Under the pieces are notes generated by a model that worked only from the letters and a program-made list of their open reading frames with translations, was not told the origin of the DNA and made no database searches. From an uncultured Draconibacterium sp. (GTDB lineage: Bacteria > Bacteroidota > Bacteroidia > Bacteroidales > UBA12170): DNA of 39,573 bases. This document shows, piece by piece, positions 18,955 through 27,743 of the stretch. The stretch spans positions 1 through 39,573 of the forward strand of contig CAZTST010000001.1 of the NCBI GenBank assembly GCA_964616585.1, written 5' to 3'. The position numbers and the translations under genes were made by a program. Within the stretch, counting starts at the first letter, position 1. Every line of letters begins with the position of its first letter.

Positions 18955-20046
18955 CTAAAAATTACCTTCAAAATCAATTTTTAATATATTTTCAGGTAAA
19001 TCGCTGATATTTAATTTATTGACTACATCAATAACTCTTTTGTGAGGATCGATTTGTGCGCCACCTTCTCCGGCTTGATAAATTGGAATTATTTTCCCAC
19101 GAATGAATTTTCCATTTTCGTTTGTAACTAATTGCACAAGAGGAGCTAAACCATTTGGGCCACTAAGATTAAATCGACCATAGGTACTAAAATTCCCAAG
19201 GCTATATGCAATAAAACGATCTTTATAAATTTCCATGGCTCGCGTAACGTGTGGGCCATGACCGAAAATAATATCTGCTCCTGCATCAATCATTTTATGT
19301 GCAAATTCGTAGAGATTACCACGATTTTCACCATAAAACTCCTCTGATTTTTTAGTAAGGTGCTGGAAATCTTTTCCTTCAGCTCCTCCATGAAAAGAAA
19401 CGATAACAATATCATTTCTTTCGGACAATGCTTTAACTCTTCGCTCTGCCTCTTCTGTATTGAGTAAATCCAGCGTTCCTTTATTTGGAGCAAATGCAAT
19501 AAATCCATATTTTATACTATCTCTGATAAATTCCGCACTAGGTTTTAATTCCAGGCCGGCATATTCAATTTGCAATGAATCAAGTAAATGCATGGTTTTT
19601 TTTCGACCAAAATCGCCAAAATCGCCGGAATGATTATTGGCTAATGATAATATATCAAAGCCTGATTCTGATAAACAAGAGGCGAATTTTTCGGGCATTC
19701 TAAAAGCATAGCATTTTAAAGTATCAGTACATTTTTTGGCCATATTGCCGCCATCCACAAAAGCACCTTCTAAATTACCAAAACTTATATCAGCTTCCAG
19801 CAAATAAGATTTAACATCTTCCAATAAAGGATGGCAATCTTCGTTTGGTGGTAAATAGTTACGCGAAGGATAAGCTGTACCTAACATAATATCTCCAACT
19901 CCAACAATTTTTATTTCTCTTGATTGCAAGGATGAAGAATCTAAGGTTACTTGTAGATTCTGAGCCATTATGGTATTGCTTATAAGTATTACTAAAAGAG
20001 AAAATGTTTTTAGAGTAGTGTTAATAACTTTTAGGCTAGTTTTCAT
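18955..20046 (-). CDS. CapA family (PGA_cap) metallophosphoesterase, exported
   Basis: VGDIMLG, GNLEG, LANNHSGDFG, SFHGG, GHGPHV, YSLGNF. Confidence 0.9.
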   Translation of the reverse strand: MKTSLKVINTTLKTFSLLVILISNTIMAQNLQVTLDSSSLQSREIKIVGVGDIMLGTAYPSRNYLPPNEDCHPLLEDVKSYLLEADISFGNLEGAFVDGGNMAKKCTDTLKCYAFRMPEKFASCLSESGFDILSLANNHSGDFGDFGRKKTMHLLDSLQIEYAGLELKPSAEFIRDSIKYGFIAFAPNKGTLDLLNTEEAERRVKALSERNDIVIVSFHGGAEGKDFQHLTKKSEEFYGENRGNLYEFAHKMIDAGADIIFGHGPHVTRAMEIYKDRFIAYSLGNFSTYGRFNLSGPNGLAPLVQLVTNENGKFIRGKIIPIYQAGEGGAQIDPHKRVIDVVNKLNISDLPENILKIDFEGNF

Positions 20047-20413
20047 TTGATAGAAATGTAAGAATTAGAAAATCAAGTAATTATAGGTTTTGATAAAATT
20101 GATTCTGTTGATAAGTATTGTTGATAATTATGACTAGGTAGTTCGATATCGGATTTTTTATGCATTATTTTTGTGATACAAGAATGAACATAAGCAGTTT
20201 ATTGGCTTTTGAACAATATTAATATTTTTTATTGAAATAACCATATAAAGAATTCATAACAGCAATGATTTACTGATGTGCTGTTGGATGAAGAATTCTG
20301 AAGCTCGAAATCGGCAGTGAATGAGAAACTTAGAAACGAAGTGATAATTCAATCGATAAGAAATCACTCCAATTAGATTGTTAAAAATCCATCCGTTATC
20401 AAAGAAGAATGAT

Positions 20414-21358
20414 TTAGCGTTGAGTAATAAGAAGATATTCGTCTTGTGAAATATCTTTAAAAATGAAATCCATCGGATTGATAACAGTGTCGTTTAAACG
20501 AACTTCATAATGAAGGTGTGGAGATACACTGATACCGGTATTACCTACTTGTCCAATTAAATCGCCCAGATTCATTTCTTGTCCAACTTTAACTTGGATT
20601 TTATGCAAATGAGCATAAACTGTTTGATAACCAAAACCATGGTCAATTACAACTTTGTTTCCATAACCATCATTATGATTATAAGCAACAATTACTTTTC
20701 CTTTGGCAGTTGAAAACACCGGGCTACCCTTTAATGCTGTGAGGTCGATTCCTTTATGAAATTTGCGAATTTTAAAAATTGGGTGTGTTCTATAACCAAA
20801 TCCTGAGGCAAAACGAATTAGATCCTTTGGAGCAATCGGAAAAATAGAAGGACGGTGTTGTAAACGGTTAATATTATCCGATGCCAAAACAGTTAATTCA
20901 TCAAAAGACACTGACTGAACTTTAAGTTTTGCATTCAATAAGTTCAATGTCTTACGATAATCTTTTAAACTTAAATCTTTGGTAATGGCATCTGAGCTAT
21001 TATCATCAGTTGTTCCACCGATACCTGCTGCCCTAATCTCTTCGGGAATAGGGTCAACGCCCAATACCAAACGATATAAATTATCATCCCTGTCTTGAAT
21101 ATTAGAAATGGTAATATTTAAACTATCTAATTCAGTTTTAATTAGTTCCAGATTTCTAACATATTGAGCATTCTTCAGTTTAAGTGCATATTCTTCAGGA
21201 GTTTCTAAAACTAAAGAAGAAACGATAGAAAGAATACTGGCAAGAATTACAACCTGTAACGGTATAAGGATATATTTTTTTACTTTAGCCTTTCGAGGAT
21301 TGACTTGTTGTTCGATAGTTAAAGATTTTCTATTTTCAATAAGTTTTTTTCTAAGCAT
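20414..21358 (-). CDS. M23 family metallo-endopeptidase (peptidoglycan hydrolase)
   Basis: HKGIDL, YAHL, PHLHYEV zinc motifs; N-terminal TM segment and coiled coil. ATG 21358 is preferred because the TTG at 21385 lies inside a TATCTTTG promoter element. Confidence 0.9.
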   Translation of the reverse strand: MLRKKLIENRKSLTIEQQVNPRKAKVKKYILIPLQVVILASILSIVSSLVLETPEEYALKLKNAQYVRNLELIKTELDSLNITISNIQDRDDNLYRLVLGVDPIPEEIRAAGIGGTTDDNSSDAITKDLSLKDYRKTLNLLNAKLKVQSVSFDELTVLASDNINRLQHRPSIFPIAPKDLIRFASGFGYRTHPIFKIRKFHKGIDLTALKGSPVFSTAKGKVIVAYNHNDGYGNKVVIDHGFGYQTVYAHLHKIQVKVGQEMNLGDLIGQVGNTGISVSPHLHYEVRLNDTVINPMDFIFKDISQDEYLLITQR

Positions 21359-21544
21359 AATCCGGTTTTTAAAATCGGGCTGCAAAGATAGTATTTTTTT
21401 CTAAACTAAAAATTTTGCCTTTGCGGTAATTTATTACGGCTAAAATAATTCATATTAGAGTCTAAAAATTAAACTTAATAAACTAGTTATCAAGGATCAA
21501 TTGTTAAAAACCTAAAAAGGAAAAAGTAATAAATTGTGAAAAGA

Positions 21545-22765
21545 TTATTTTAACATATCAACGACTTCGCTGATGTCACCATCGTTTTGCGCTGCTTGAA
21601 GACCCAATATTTTACAAAACAGCGAATAAAGCGAAACATTTTTAAAACGAGACTGTCTATAACTTTCTTTAAAAGCAGGCCCGTAAGCATAGAAAATAGC
21701 ATCCATATCGGTATTTCTATTATCGTAACCATGTGTTCCATTACCTGAATATTTTCTATTGGATTTATTAAACAGGCTATATGAACTATCTGCAACGGCA
21801 ATTATGTCTAAAGTTCTTGGATTTGTTCCATAATGTAATCTATCTGGAACTTCAGTAGTTTTATATCCGCTAACACCTTTGGTATTTTCCAAAACAAAAA
21901 GTATTGAATCTATAGAGCCATCTGTAGCTTTAATATTGTAAAACGGATTTCCACCAACAATATCAGAAGTCCATTCAGGTTTCAATAATTTATCCAGATA
22001 TACTTGTTTATCGTCATAAATTCGACCCATACCATGGTCGGATAGAATAATTACATTAACATTATTCGCATCAGGAATTTTAGAAAGTTTTTTCATGAAA
22101 TCACCTAAAAGTCCATCAAGATACTCAATGTTTGCATTAACTTCTTTAGAAAATGGTCCGTAATTATGGCCAACTAAATCTGGTTCATGTATATACCACA
22201 TAATTAAATGAGGTCTTTTTTCTATTGGAAGTTTTAACCAACTTATAACTGTATCAATTCTTTGTTCAAATGGGAAATCGTGTTCATATCGTTTCCAAAT
22301 GGATGGGCGCATGTTTTGAATGTCTGCTTCAGAGCCTACCCAAAAAAATGTTGCGGCTTTAACTCCTTGATTCTCAGCTGTATTCCAAATTGGTTCTCCA
22401 TCGTAAAATTCACCGTCTTCAACAGCTTCGCGATTTCCAAGTGAATAAACCAAGTTTCTTTCTGTATCAATAAAAGTATTATTTACAATGCCATTATTAT
22501 TTGGATAAAGACCGGTAGCTATGGCATAATGATTTGGAAATGTTTTTGTTGGAAACGAAGCTTGCATGCTTTCAGCTTTTACACCTATTTTGGCAATCTT
22601 ATCGAAGTTTGGAGTATTAACAGAATCGGCATAATCCCATCTAAATCCATCCAATGAAAGCACAACAAGATAAGGCTGCTCAATATGAGTGCTTAGTGTT
22701 TTTTGTAAATTACAGGAACTTAATACTATAATAAATGAGGCAAAAAGCAATATAGTTTTTTTCAT
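21545..22765 (-). CDS. Nucleotide pyrophosphatase/phosphodiesterase (alkaline phosphatase superfamily), lipoprotein
   Basis: LSLDGFRWDY, FPTKTFPNHY, EPDLVGH, SDHGM, GTHGYDN; lipobox VLSSC. Confidence 0.93.
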   Translation of the reverse strand: MKKTILLFASFIIVLSSCNLQKTLSTHIEQPYLVVLSLDGFRWDYADSVNTPNFDKIAKIGVKAESMQASFPTKTFPNHYAIATGLYPNNNGIVNNTFIDTERNLVYSLGNREAVEDGEFYDGEPIWNTAENQGVKAATFFWVGSEADIQNMRPSIWKRYEHDFPFEQRIDTVISWLKLPIEKRPHLIMWYIHEPDLVGHNYGPFSKEVNANIEYLDGLLGDFMKKLSKIPDANNVNVIILSDHGMGRIYDDKQVYLDKLLKPEWTSDIVGGNPFYNIKATDGSIDSILFVLENTKGVSGYKTTEVPDRLHYGTNPRTLDIIAVADSSYSLFNKSNRKYSGNGTHGYDNRNTDMDAIFYAYGPAFKESYRQSRFKNVSLYSLFCKILGLQAAQNDGDISEVVDMLK

Positions 22766-22844
22766 TTTTTATTATTTCATACAAAAATAGTGAAAAAAAC
22801 TGAGGAAGATATTTGATTTTGTGTAAATCAGGATAAATTAAGAC

Positions 22845-22877
22845 AAAAAAATCCGCTCCAAATTGGAACGGATTTTT
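22845..22877 (-). terminator. Terminator between the TBDR and the NPP gene
   Basis: AAAAAATCCG...CGGATTTTT hairpin with A/T tails on both sides. Confidence 0.7.
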
Positions 22878-22902
22878 AATAAAAAGATATTTAATAAGAT
22901 TT

Positions 22903-25476
22903 TTAGAAAGCAACTTTTAAACTAAAGTTAAAGTTTCTGCCAAATCCCATATAGCCTCTAAAAGTATTAAGATCGTGGGCTGATCCGTCTGTACCTTCAA
23001 TCCAATGGTCAACATCAAAAACATTATAAACATTTAATCCTGCTCTTGAATTTAATCCTGCAAATGTAAATTTATAACCGGCATAAAAATTAGTCATTGT
23101 ATATGAAGGAAGTTGATATGCATCCTTACGATCCGTTGCAACGCCTCTGCTTTCAGGAGAGAAATCGGCAAATAATTTATCATAATAAATTACTTCTAAG
23201 CCAAACTGAAAATCTTTTTTGAAGTTATAATCGGCTTTAAATCCAACTTGAGTTTGAGGAGCATCGCCAACATATAAATTTTCTATATAAAGATTTTTTG
23301 TAGTTTGTTCCAAAGTTTGATAATTAGTTATAATAGCTGATACATCATTAGTCCATCTCCAATCGCCTAAAGCAGCAATCATACCAACACTTAAATCATT
23401 TGTTAATTGGGCATTTGCATCAAATTCGATACCCATATGACGAGCATTTAAACCTTTAAGCAAAGAGTTTGTTTGAATACCATCGACATTAGTAGTTGTG
23501 GCCATAAATGATTTGTCTAACCAAACGGTATAATAGGCATTTACATGCATATTGAATTTATTAGCTTTATAACCATAACCTAATTCTCCGGCATAAATGG
23601 TTTCATTGGCTAAATCAGTACCTTCAACATTAGTATAGTTAGGCCAAATATATTGAAAATCAGGAGCTTTAGAATAATAACCTGCATTAACAAAGAAGTT
23701 AGCGTTTTCTGTGATATTATAGTTAGCACCAGCTTTAAAATTGTAACCTAAAAACGAAACACCATCAGATGTTTGATCTGCTTCATTTACATAGTTATAA
23801 CGGTCAACACGTTTATACGCAGTATTAGAAAGAGAAGCGGCTAAGAAAGAAGAGAAATCATTATTGTCATATTCTAACTGACCAAATGCTCCCATATAAT
23901 TATTGAATCCATCATTATCATAAGCAATTCTATCGCCAACTTGTAGTGCCTGATCTCTTCCGGCAACACCGTCAACAGCATACCTATATCTTTCCCAATA
24001 GTAATCGCCACCCAATAAATGAGTTATTTCGCGGTAATGCTCACCTTTATAATGTCTTAGGTCGATACCGGCAATTAAATTTAAGTTTTCGTTAAATGTG
24101 TGATTTAAGGTTGAAAGAACACCCATCCAGTTGTGATTGTTAGCTGAAATACGGTCAATAGTCTCAGATTCACTAAGTAAATTGTTATTTTCGTCATAAA
24201 CTGTTCCATATCCACCAACACCGTCGGAGTTCCAGGCAACTACTGCATCATAATCATAATTTCCTAGTGCATTAACAGGAGCGTATTTTCCCAAAGCCCC
24301 AGAGCCATATCCGCGACCCGTAGAATAATAAGCTGAAGTTGCAAGGAAGGATTTATCAGAAATATTCCAATACCAGTTTAATGCAGCTTGAGGTTTGTGG
24401 TATTTGTTTACACTTTCGTTAAATACATCACCACCCAAATATCCCCAGTTGGAGTTGTAAGTAGCACCATATTTATTAACTTGTTCAAGTGTAAGTTCAG
24501 ACCTTCTTTGTCCGTGCTCTTGAGGGGCTCCCACAATAGTAAAAGCTAAACGGTGTTTCTCGTTGATAACCTGACTAACAGATAGATAATAACTCCAAGC
24601 ATCAACATAAGTTTGATCTATATAGCCTGATCCTTGTGTTCTGGAACCAACAAACTGAACTGCTGTTCCACCTTTCATTTGTCCTGAACTTAAGCTAATC
24701 ATGTTTTTAGTTAATCCATAATCAGTCATTGATGTTTGAAAAGATCCGCCTTTTTCCATACCGGTAGTTTTGGTAATAATATTCATAGTACCACCAATAG
24801 AGTTGATAGCCAATTTAGAAGCACCTAAACCTCTTTGAACCTGCATAGTTTCAGTAGCATCACCTAAACCTGCCCAGTTTGACCAATAAACCCAACCGTT
24901 TTCCATATCGTTAACAGGAATACCGTTAATCATTACTGCAACGTTTCTTTGATTGAAACCACGAATGTTAACTCGAGCATCACCAAATCCACCACCGCCG
25001 GCAGTTGCATACACGCCGGGAGTAATGTTTAAAACATTTGGTAAATCTCTTGCCCCAACACGATTTTCAATTTCGGTTGCTTTCACTGTAGAAACAGCAA
25101 CAGGAGTTTTCCGGTCGATAGCAATAGAAGCTAAAACATTAATTTCGTTCAAACCGATAGCACTGCCTTTTAATGCAATTTTTCCTAAATCTGTAGTTTG
25201 TCCTTCAACAACGTTTACTTCAAACTCTTGTGATGTAAAACCCACAAATTGAATAACAATTGTTTGTGTACCGGCAGGTACTTCAAAATTAAAAGTGCCT
25301 GATAAACCGGTTGAAACACCGGTTGTAGTTCCTTTAACAAAAACAGAAGCTCCTAAAAGAGACTCGTTATTGTCAGCATCTTCAACCGTACCCTTAACAA
25401 ACCCTTGAGCCATGGCCGCACCCATAAAAAAAGTAAGAGCTACGACAAGAGTCATTTTTTGTAACAAATTTCTCAT
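22903..25476 (-). CDS. TonB-dependent receptor with N-terminal carboxypeptidase-regulatory-like domain
   Basis: Signal peptide, plug motif IRGF...VMINGIPVND...VQRGLG, beta-barrel ending GFGRNFNFSLKVAF. Confidence 0.92.
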   Translation of the reverse strand: MRNLLQKMTLVVALTFFMGAAMAQGFVKGTVEDADNNESLLGASVFVKGTTTGVSTGLSGTFNFEVPAGTQTIVIQFVGFTSQEFEVNVVEGQTTDLGKIALKGSAIGLNEINVLASIAIDRKTPVAVSTVKATEIENRVGARDLPNVLNITPGVYATAGGGGFGDARVNIRGFNQRNVAVMINGIPVNDMENGWVYWSNWAGLGDATETMQVQRGLGASKLAINSIGGTMNIITKTTGMEKGGSFQTSMTDYGLTKNMISLSSGQMKGGTAVQFVGSRTQGSGYIDQTYVDAWSYYLSVSQVINEKHRLAFTIVGAPQEHGQRRSELTLEQVNKYGATYNSNWGYLGGDVFNESVNKYHKPQAALNWYWNISDKSFLATSAYYSTGRGYGSGALGKYAPVNALGNYDYDAVVAWNSDGVGGYGTVYDENNNLLSESETIDRISANNHNWMGVLSTLNHTFNENLNLIAGIDLRHYKGEHYREITHLLGGDYYWERYRYAVDGVAGRDQALQVGDRIAYDNDGFNNYMGAFGQLEYDNNDFSSFLAASLSNTAYKRVDRYNYVNEADQTSDGVSFLGYNFKAGANYNITENANFFVNAGYYSKAPDFQYIWPNYTNVEGTDLANETIYAGELGYGYKANKFNMHVNAYYTVWLDKSFMATTTNVDGIQTNSLLKGLNARHMGIEFDANAQLTNDLSVGMIAALGDWRWTNDVSAIITNYQTLEQTTKNLYIENLYVGDAPQTQVGFKADYNFKKDFQFGLEVIYYDKLFADFSPESRGVATDRKDAYQLPSYTMTNFYAGYKFTFAGLNSRAGLNVYNVFDVDHWIEGTDGSAHDLNTFRGYMGFGRNFNFSLKVAF

Positions 25477-25671
25477 AATTTTTAATTTTTATTGATTTTT
25501 TAAAATTTATTGGGCTAATCTACTAAATTAAATTTAACAATTATTAACTGTTTAAAAAATGTTAATATCTTATTCAGTTTTAATTAATTTTCTAGGCAAA
25601 TATCCAATTTTATTAAATTCCCGACTAATTTTCAATGTAAAGTTATCCTTAATTTTTTGTGGTTTTAAATA

Positions 25672-25700
25672 AAAAAAGGAGGTCGTTTAACCTCCTTTTT
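25672..25700 (-). terminator. Terminator after the lipoprotein gene
   Basis: AAAAAAGGAGGT...ACCTCCTTTTT. Confidence 0.8.
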
Positions 25701-25727
25701 ATATTATAAATTGTAATTGAATATATT

Positions 25728-27731
25728 TTAATCCACCTTTTTTTCTGAAACGAATTCAAATTGTGGAGGAGTGCTTCCTGAAGCAGCTGCTGTACATTTG
25801 AAAATATATTTATGATTTTCACTACCAAATGCATCGCCTGATGCGTAGTACACTAAAACCGTGGCATGGTAATTTACTTCAATGCCACTTACTAAAGGAA
25901 CAGCATTGGGGAAACGAAGTTGAAGAAATATTCCCATTCCTTCTTCCAGTCTAGTCCACATTAAAGCAACTTTTTCTGCAACAGTAGCAAGATTGTGAAA
26001 TTCAGGGTCAATTGTAATTGGTTGAATGTAATCGCCAGTGAAGTATGGTGTACGATAACTAATACGGAAATTCACATTGGAATATCTACTGCTAAATCCA
26101 TAGTAATATTCTTCATTCTTATAGAAAGGATGAGCAAAAACTGATTTAGCTGGATTTGAATGGTTCAAAATATAATTAACCATTAATTGATGATCTGCAG
26201 CTACCATAGTAATCATTATGGTAGGGTCGAATAGCCAGCCGACATTTGAAAAAATAAACTGTTCTGTTTTTTCAATTCTAAATGTATTTGGTGTCCATTT
26301 TCCATCGGTAAATGTTAATTGCATTGCACCGGAGTATGTTGGAGTGCTACTCGATTTATAAACAACAGTTTTCACATTACCTTCTTGAGCAAAAGGAAAC
26401 TTCTGACTTAGTAATTGAGGAAGATAATTAGGAGCATTTGTTGAGGAAATGTAATCTAATCCAATCGCTGCATAGTCAGCAAGTTGAAGAGCAATAAATG
26501 AACTTGCTGCAGGTATCCAGACACTTCCATTGAAAGTATAAGCAACATACTGTTTTTCAGTACTTGGAACAGATAGAGCAACTTTTTCTTCAGACATTTT
26601 AATATTATCAATTTGGTAGGTTGTAGTTTTTAAAGGATCTGTTCCGCGATCAGCAGAGGATCTTCCATCGCCATCATATTTAAACGCGATCCGTACTTTT
26701 TCCCCTGCGTAATTTGTTAAATCGGCGGAACCTGCATTAATAAATGCAGGAGAATATCCACTGGTTGGAGTTTCAGGGAAAGTGAAGCTAGATGAGATAT
26801 TTACCCATGTTGCTGTAGCAATGTTTGCCTCATCTCCATTAAAATCTTTCGAAATCCAAACCGACAAACAATTGGCATTCCAATAACCGATTTTTATTTC
26901 GAAAGTAAACTTTGGTGCAATAGAACTTCCTAAATCAATTTCAGGAGAAGTCATCCAAATCTCATTTTTTGTTGTAGGAGCAGGATTACTATATGCTGAA
27001 GCCTGAGCATAGTTATTAGAGCTATATACCCTATTAAACCAGTTTTGAGTACCAATAAGATCTTTGCTCAACCATCCATTTTCTCCAATAACAGTATATG
27101 GATAGGATGTGGCAACTGTATGTGCAGTCCAATCCTCTGTAAAGTAAGTAACTTCTGTTATTTGAGTAACAGCATCGGTATTAGAATAGTTATACTCAAC
27201 GAATTTGTATTGGCCAATTGTAGCTATAGGAAACTTAGCCGCCAAAACTCCAGGTAGTTTTGCAGATGCTGAAACACTTGGTGTAAATGCACTTACATAA
27301 TTCCCGCCTCCCCAAGCTAACTGATAGTCAGCATTTTGCAGAATATTAACTGTTGTTAAATCGTTTAAGTAGGTAGGTTTGCCATTATCAAAATCGTAAG
27401 TGACTAAAACGTTTGAACCTATATCGAACGAATAGTACATCTTATTTAATAAGGCAGGAGCATAATTAGCTGCACTAAAAGTAGCGTTTAAAGCTAAAGA
27501 AGAGCCAATTGCATTGGCAGCAGCAATTTGCTCAGGAGTGCTTGCTTTTGCTAAAGCGGCAGTTTTTAAAGCTGCATAATCTGCTGCCGTAAGCGTATAG
27601 CTGAGACTGGCAACATTGGTAGGTTTGGTCATTTCATCAAGACCCTCGAATTGATCGTTAAATTTATTGCAAGAACTTAAAAGTACTGCAAAAGCCAAAC
27701 CTGATATCAATGAATAAAATATCTTTTTCAT
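25728..27731 (-). CDS. Surface lipoprotein with DUF5017 / choice-of-anchor-J-like beta-sandwich domain
   Basis: Lipobox LLSSC followed by an acidic segment; WMTSPEIDL...VWISKDFNGD...ATW...RIAFKY...YQIDNI; repeated LxxADY modules. Confidence 0.7.
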   Translation of the reverse strand: MKKIFYSLISGLAFAVLLSSCNKFNDQFEGLDEMTKPTNVASLSYTLTAADYAALKTAALAKASTPEQIAAANAIGSSLALNATFSAANYAPALLNKMYYSFDIGSNVLVTYDFDNGKPTYLNDLTTVNILQNADYQLAWGGGNYVSAFTPSVSASAKLPGVLAAKFPIATIGQYKFVEYNYSNTDAVTQITEVTYFTEDWTAHTVATSYPYTVIGENGWLSKDLIGTQNWFNRVYSSNNYAQASAYSNPAPTTKNEIWMTSPEIDLGSSIAPKFTFEIKIGYWNANCLSVWISKDFNGDEANIATATWVNISSSFTFPETPTSGYSPAFINAGSADLTNYAGEKVRIAFKYDGDGRSSADRGTDPLKTTTYQIDNIKMSEEKVALSVPSTEKQYVAYTFNGSVWIPAASSFIALQLADYAAIGLDYISSTNAPNYLPQLLSQKFPFAQEGNVKTVVYKSSSTPTYSGAMQLTFTDGKWTPNTFRIEKTEQFIFSNVGWLFDPTIMITMVAADHQLMVNYILNHSNPAKSVFAHPFYKNEEYYYGFSSRYSNVNFRISYRTPYFTGDYIQPITIDPEFHNLATVAEKVALMWTRLEEGMGIFLQLRFPNAVPLVSGIEVNYHATVLVYYASGDAFGSENHKYIFKCTAAASGSTPPQFEFVSEKKVD

Positions 27732-27743
27732 GTTTTTCAGTTT

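Noticed and set aside
18955-20046. Poly-gamma-glutamate capsule locus
   Set aside because: No capB/capC genes are nearby, and stand-alone CapA-family genes are common.
20047-20413. Replication origin or small RNA in the capA-M23 spacer
   Set aside because: Only two imperfect DnaA-like boxes, no typical oriC-flanking genes, and no convincing RNA structure or ORF.
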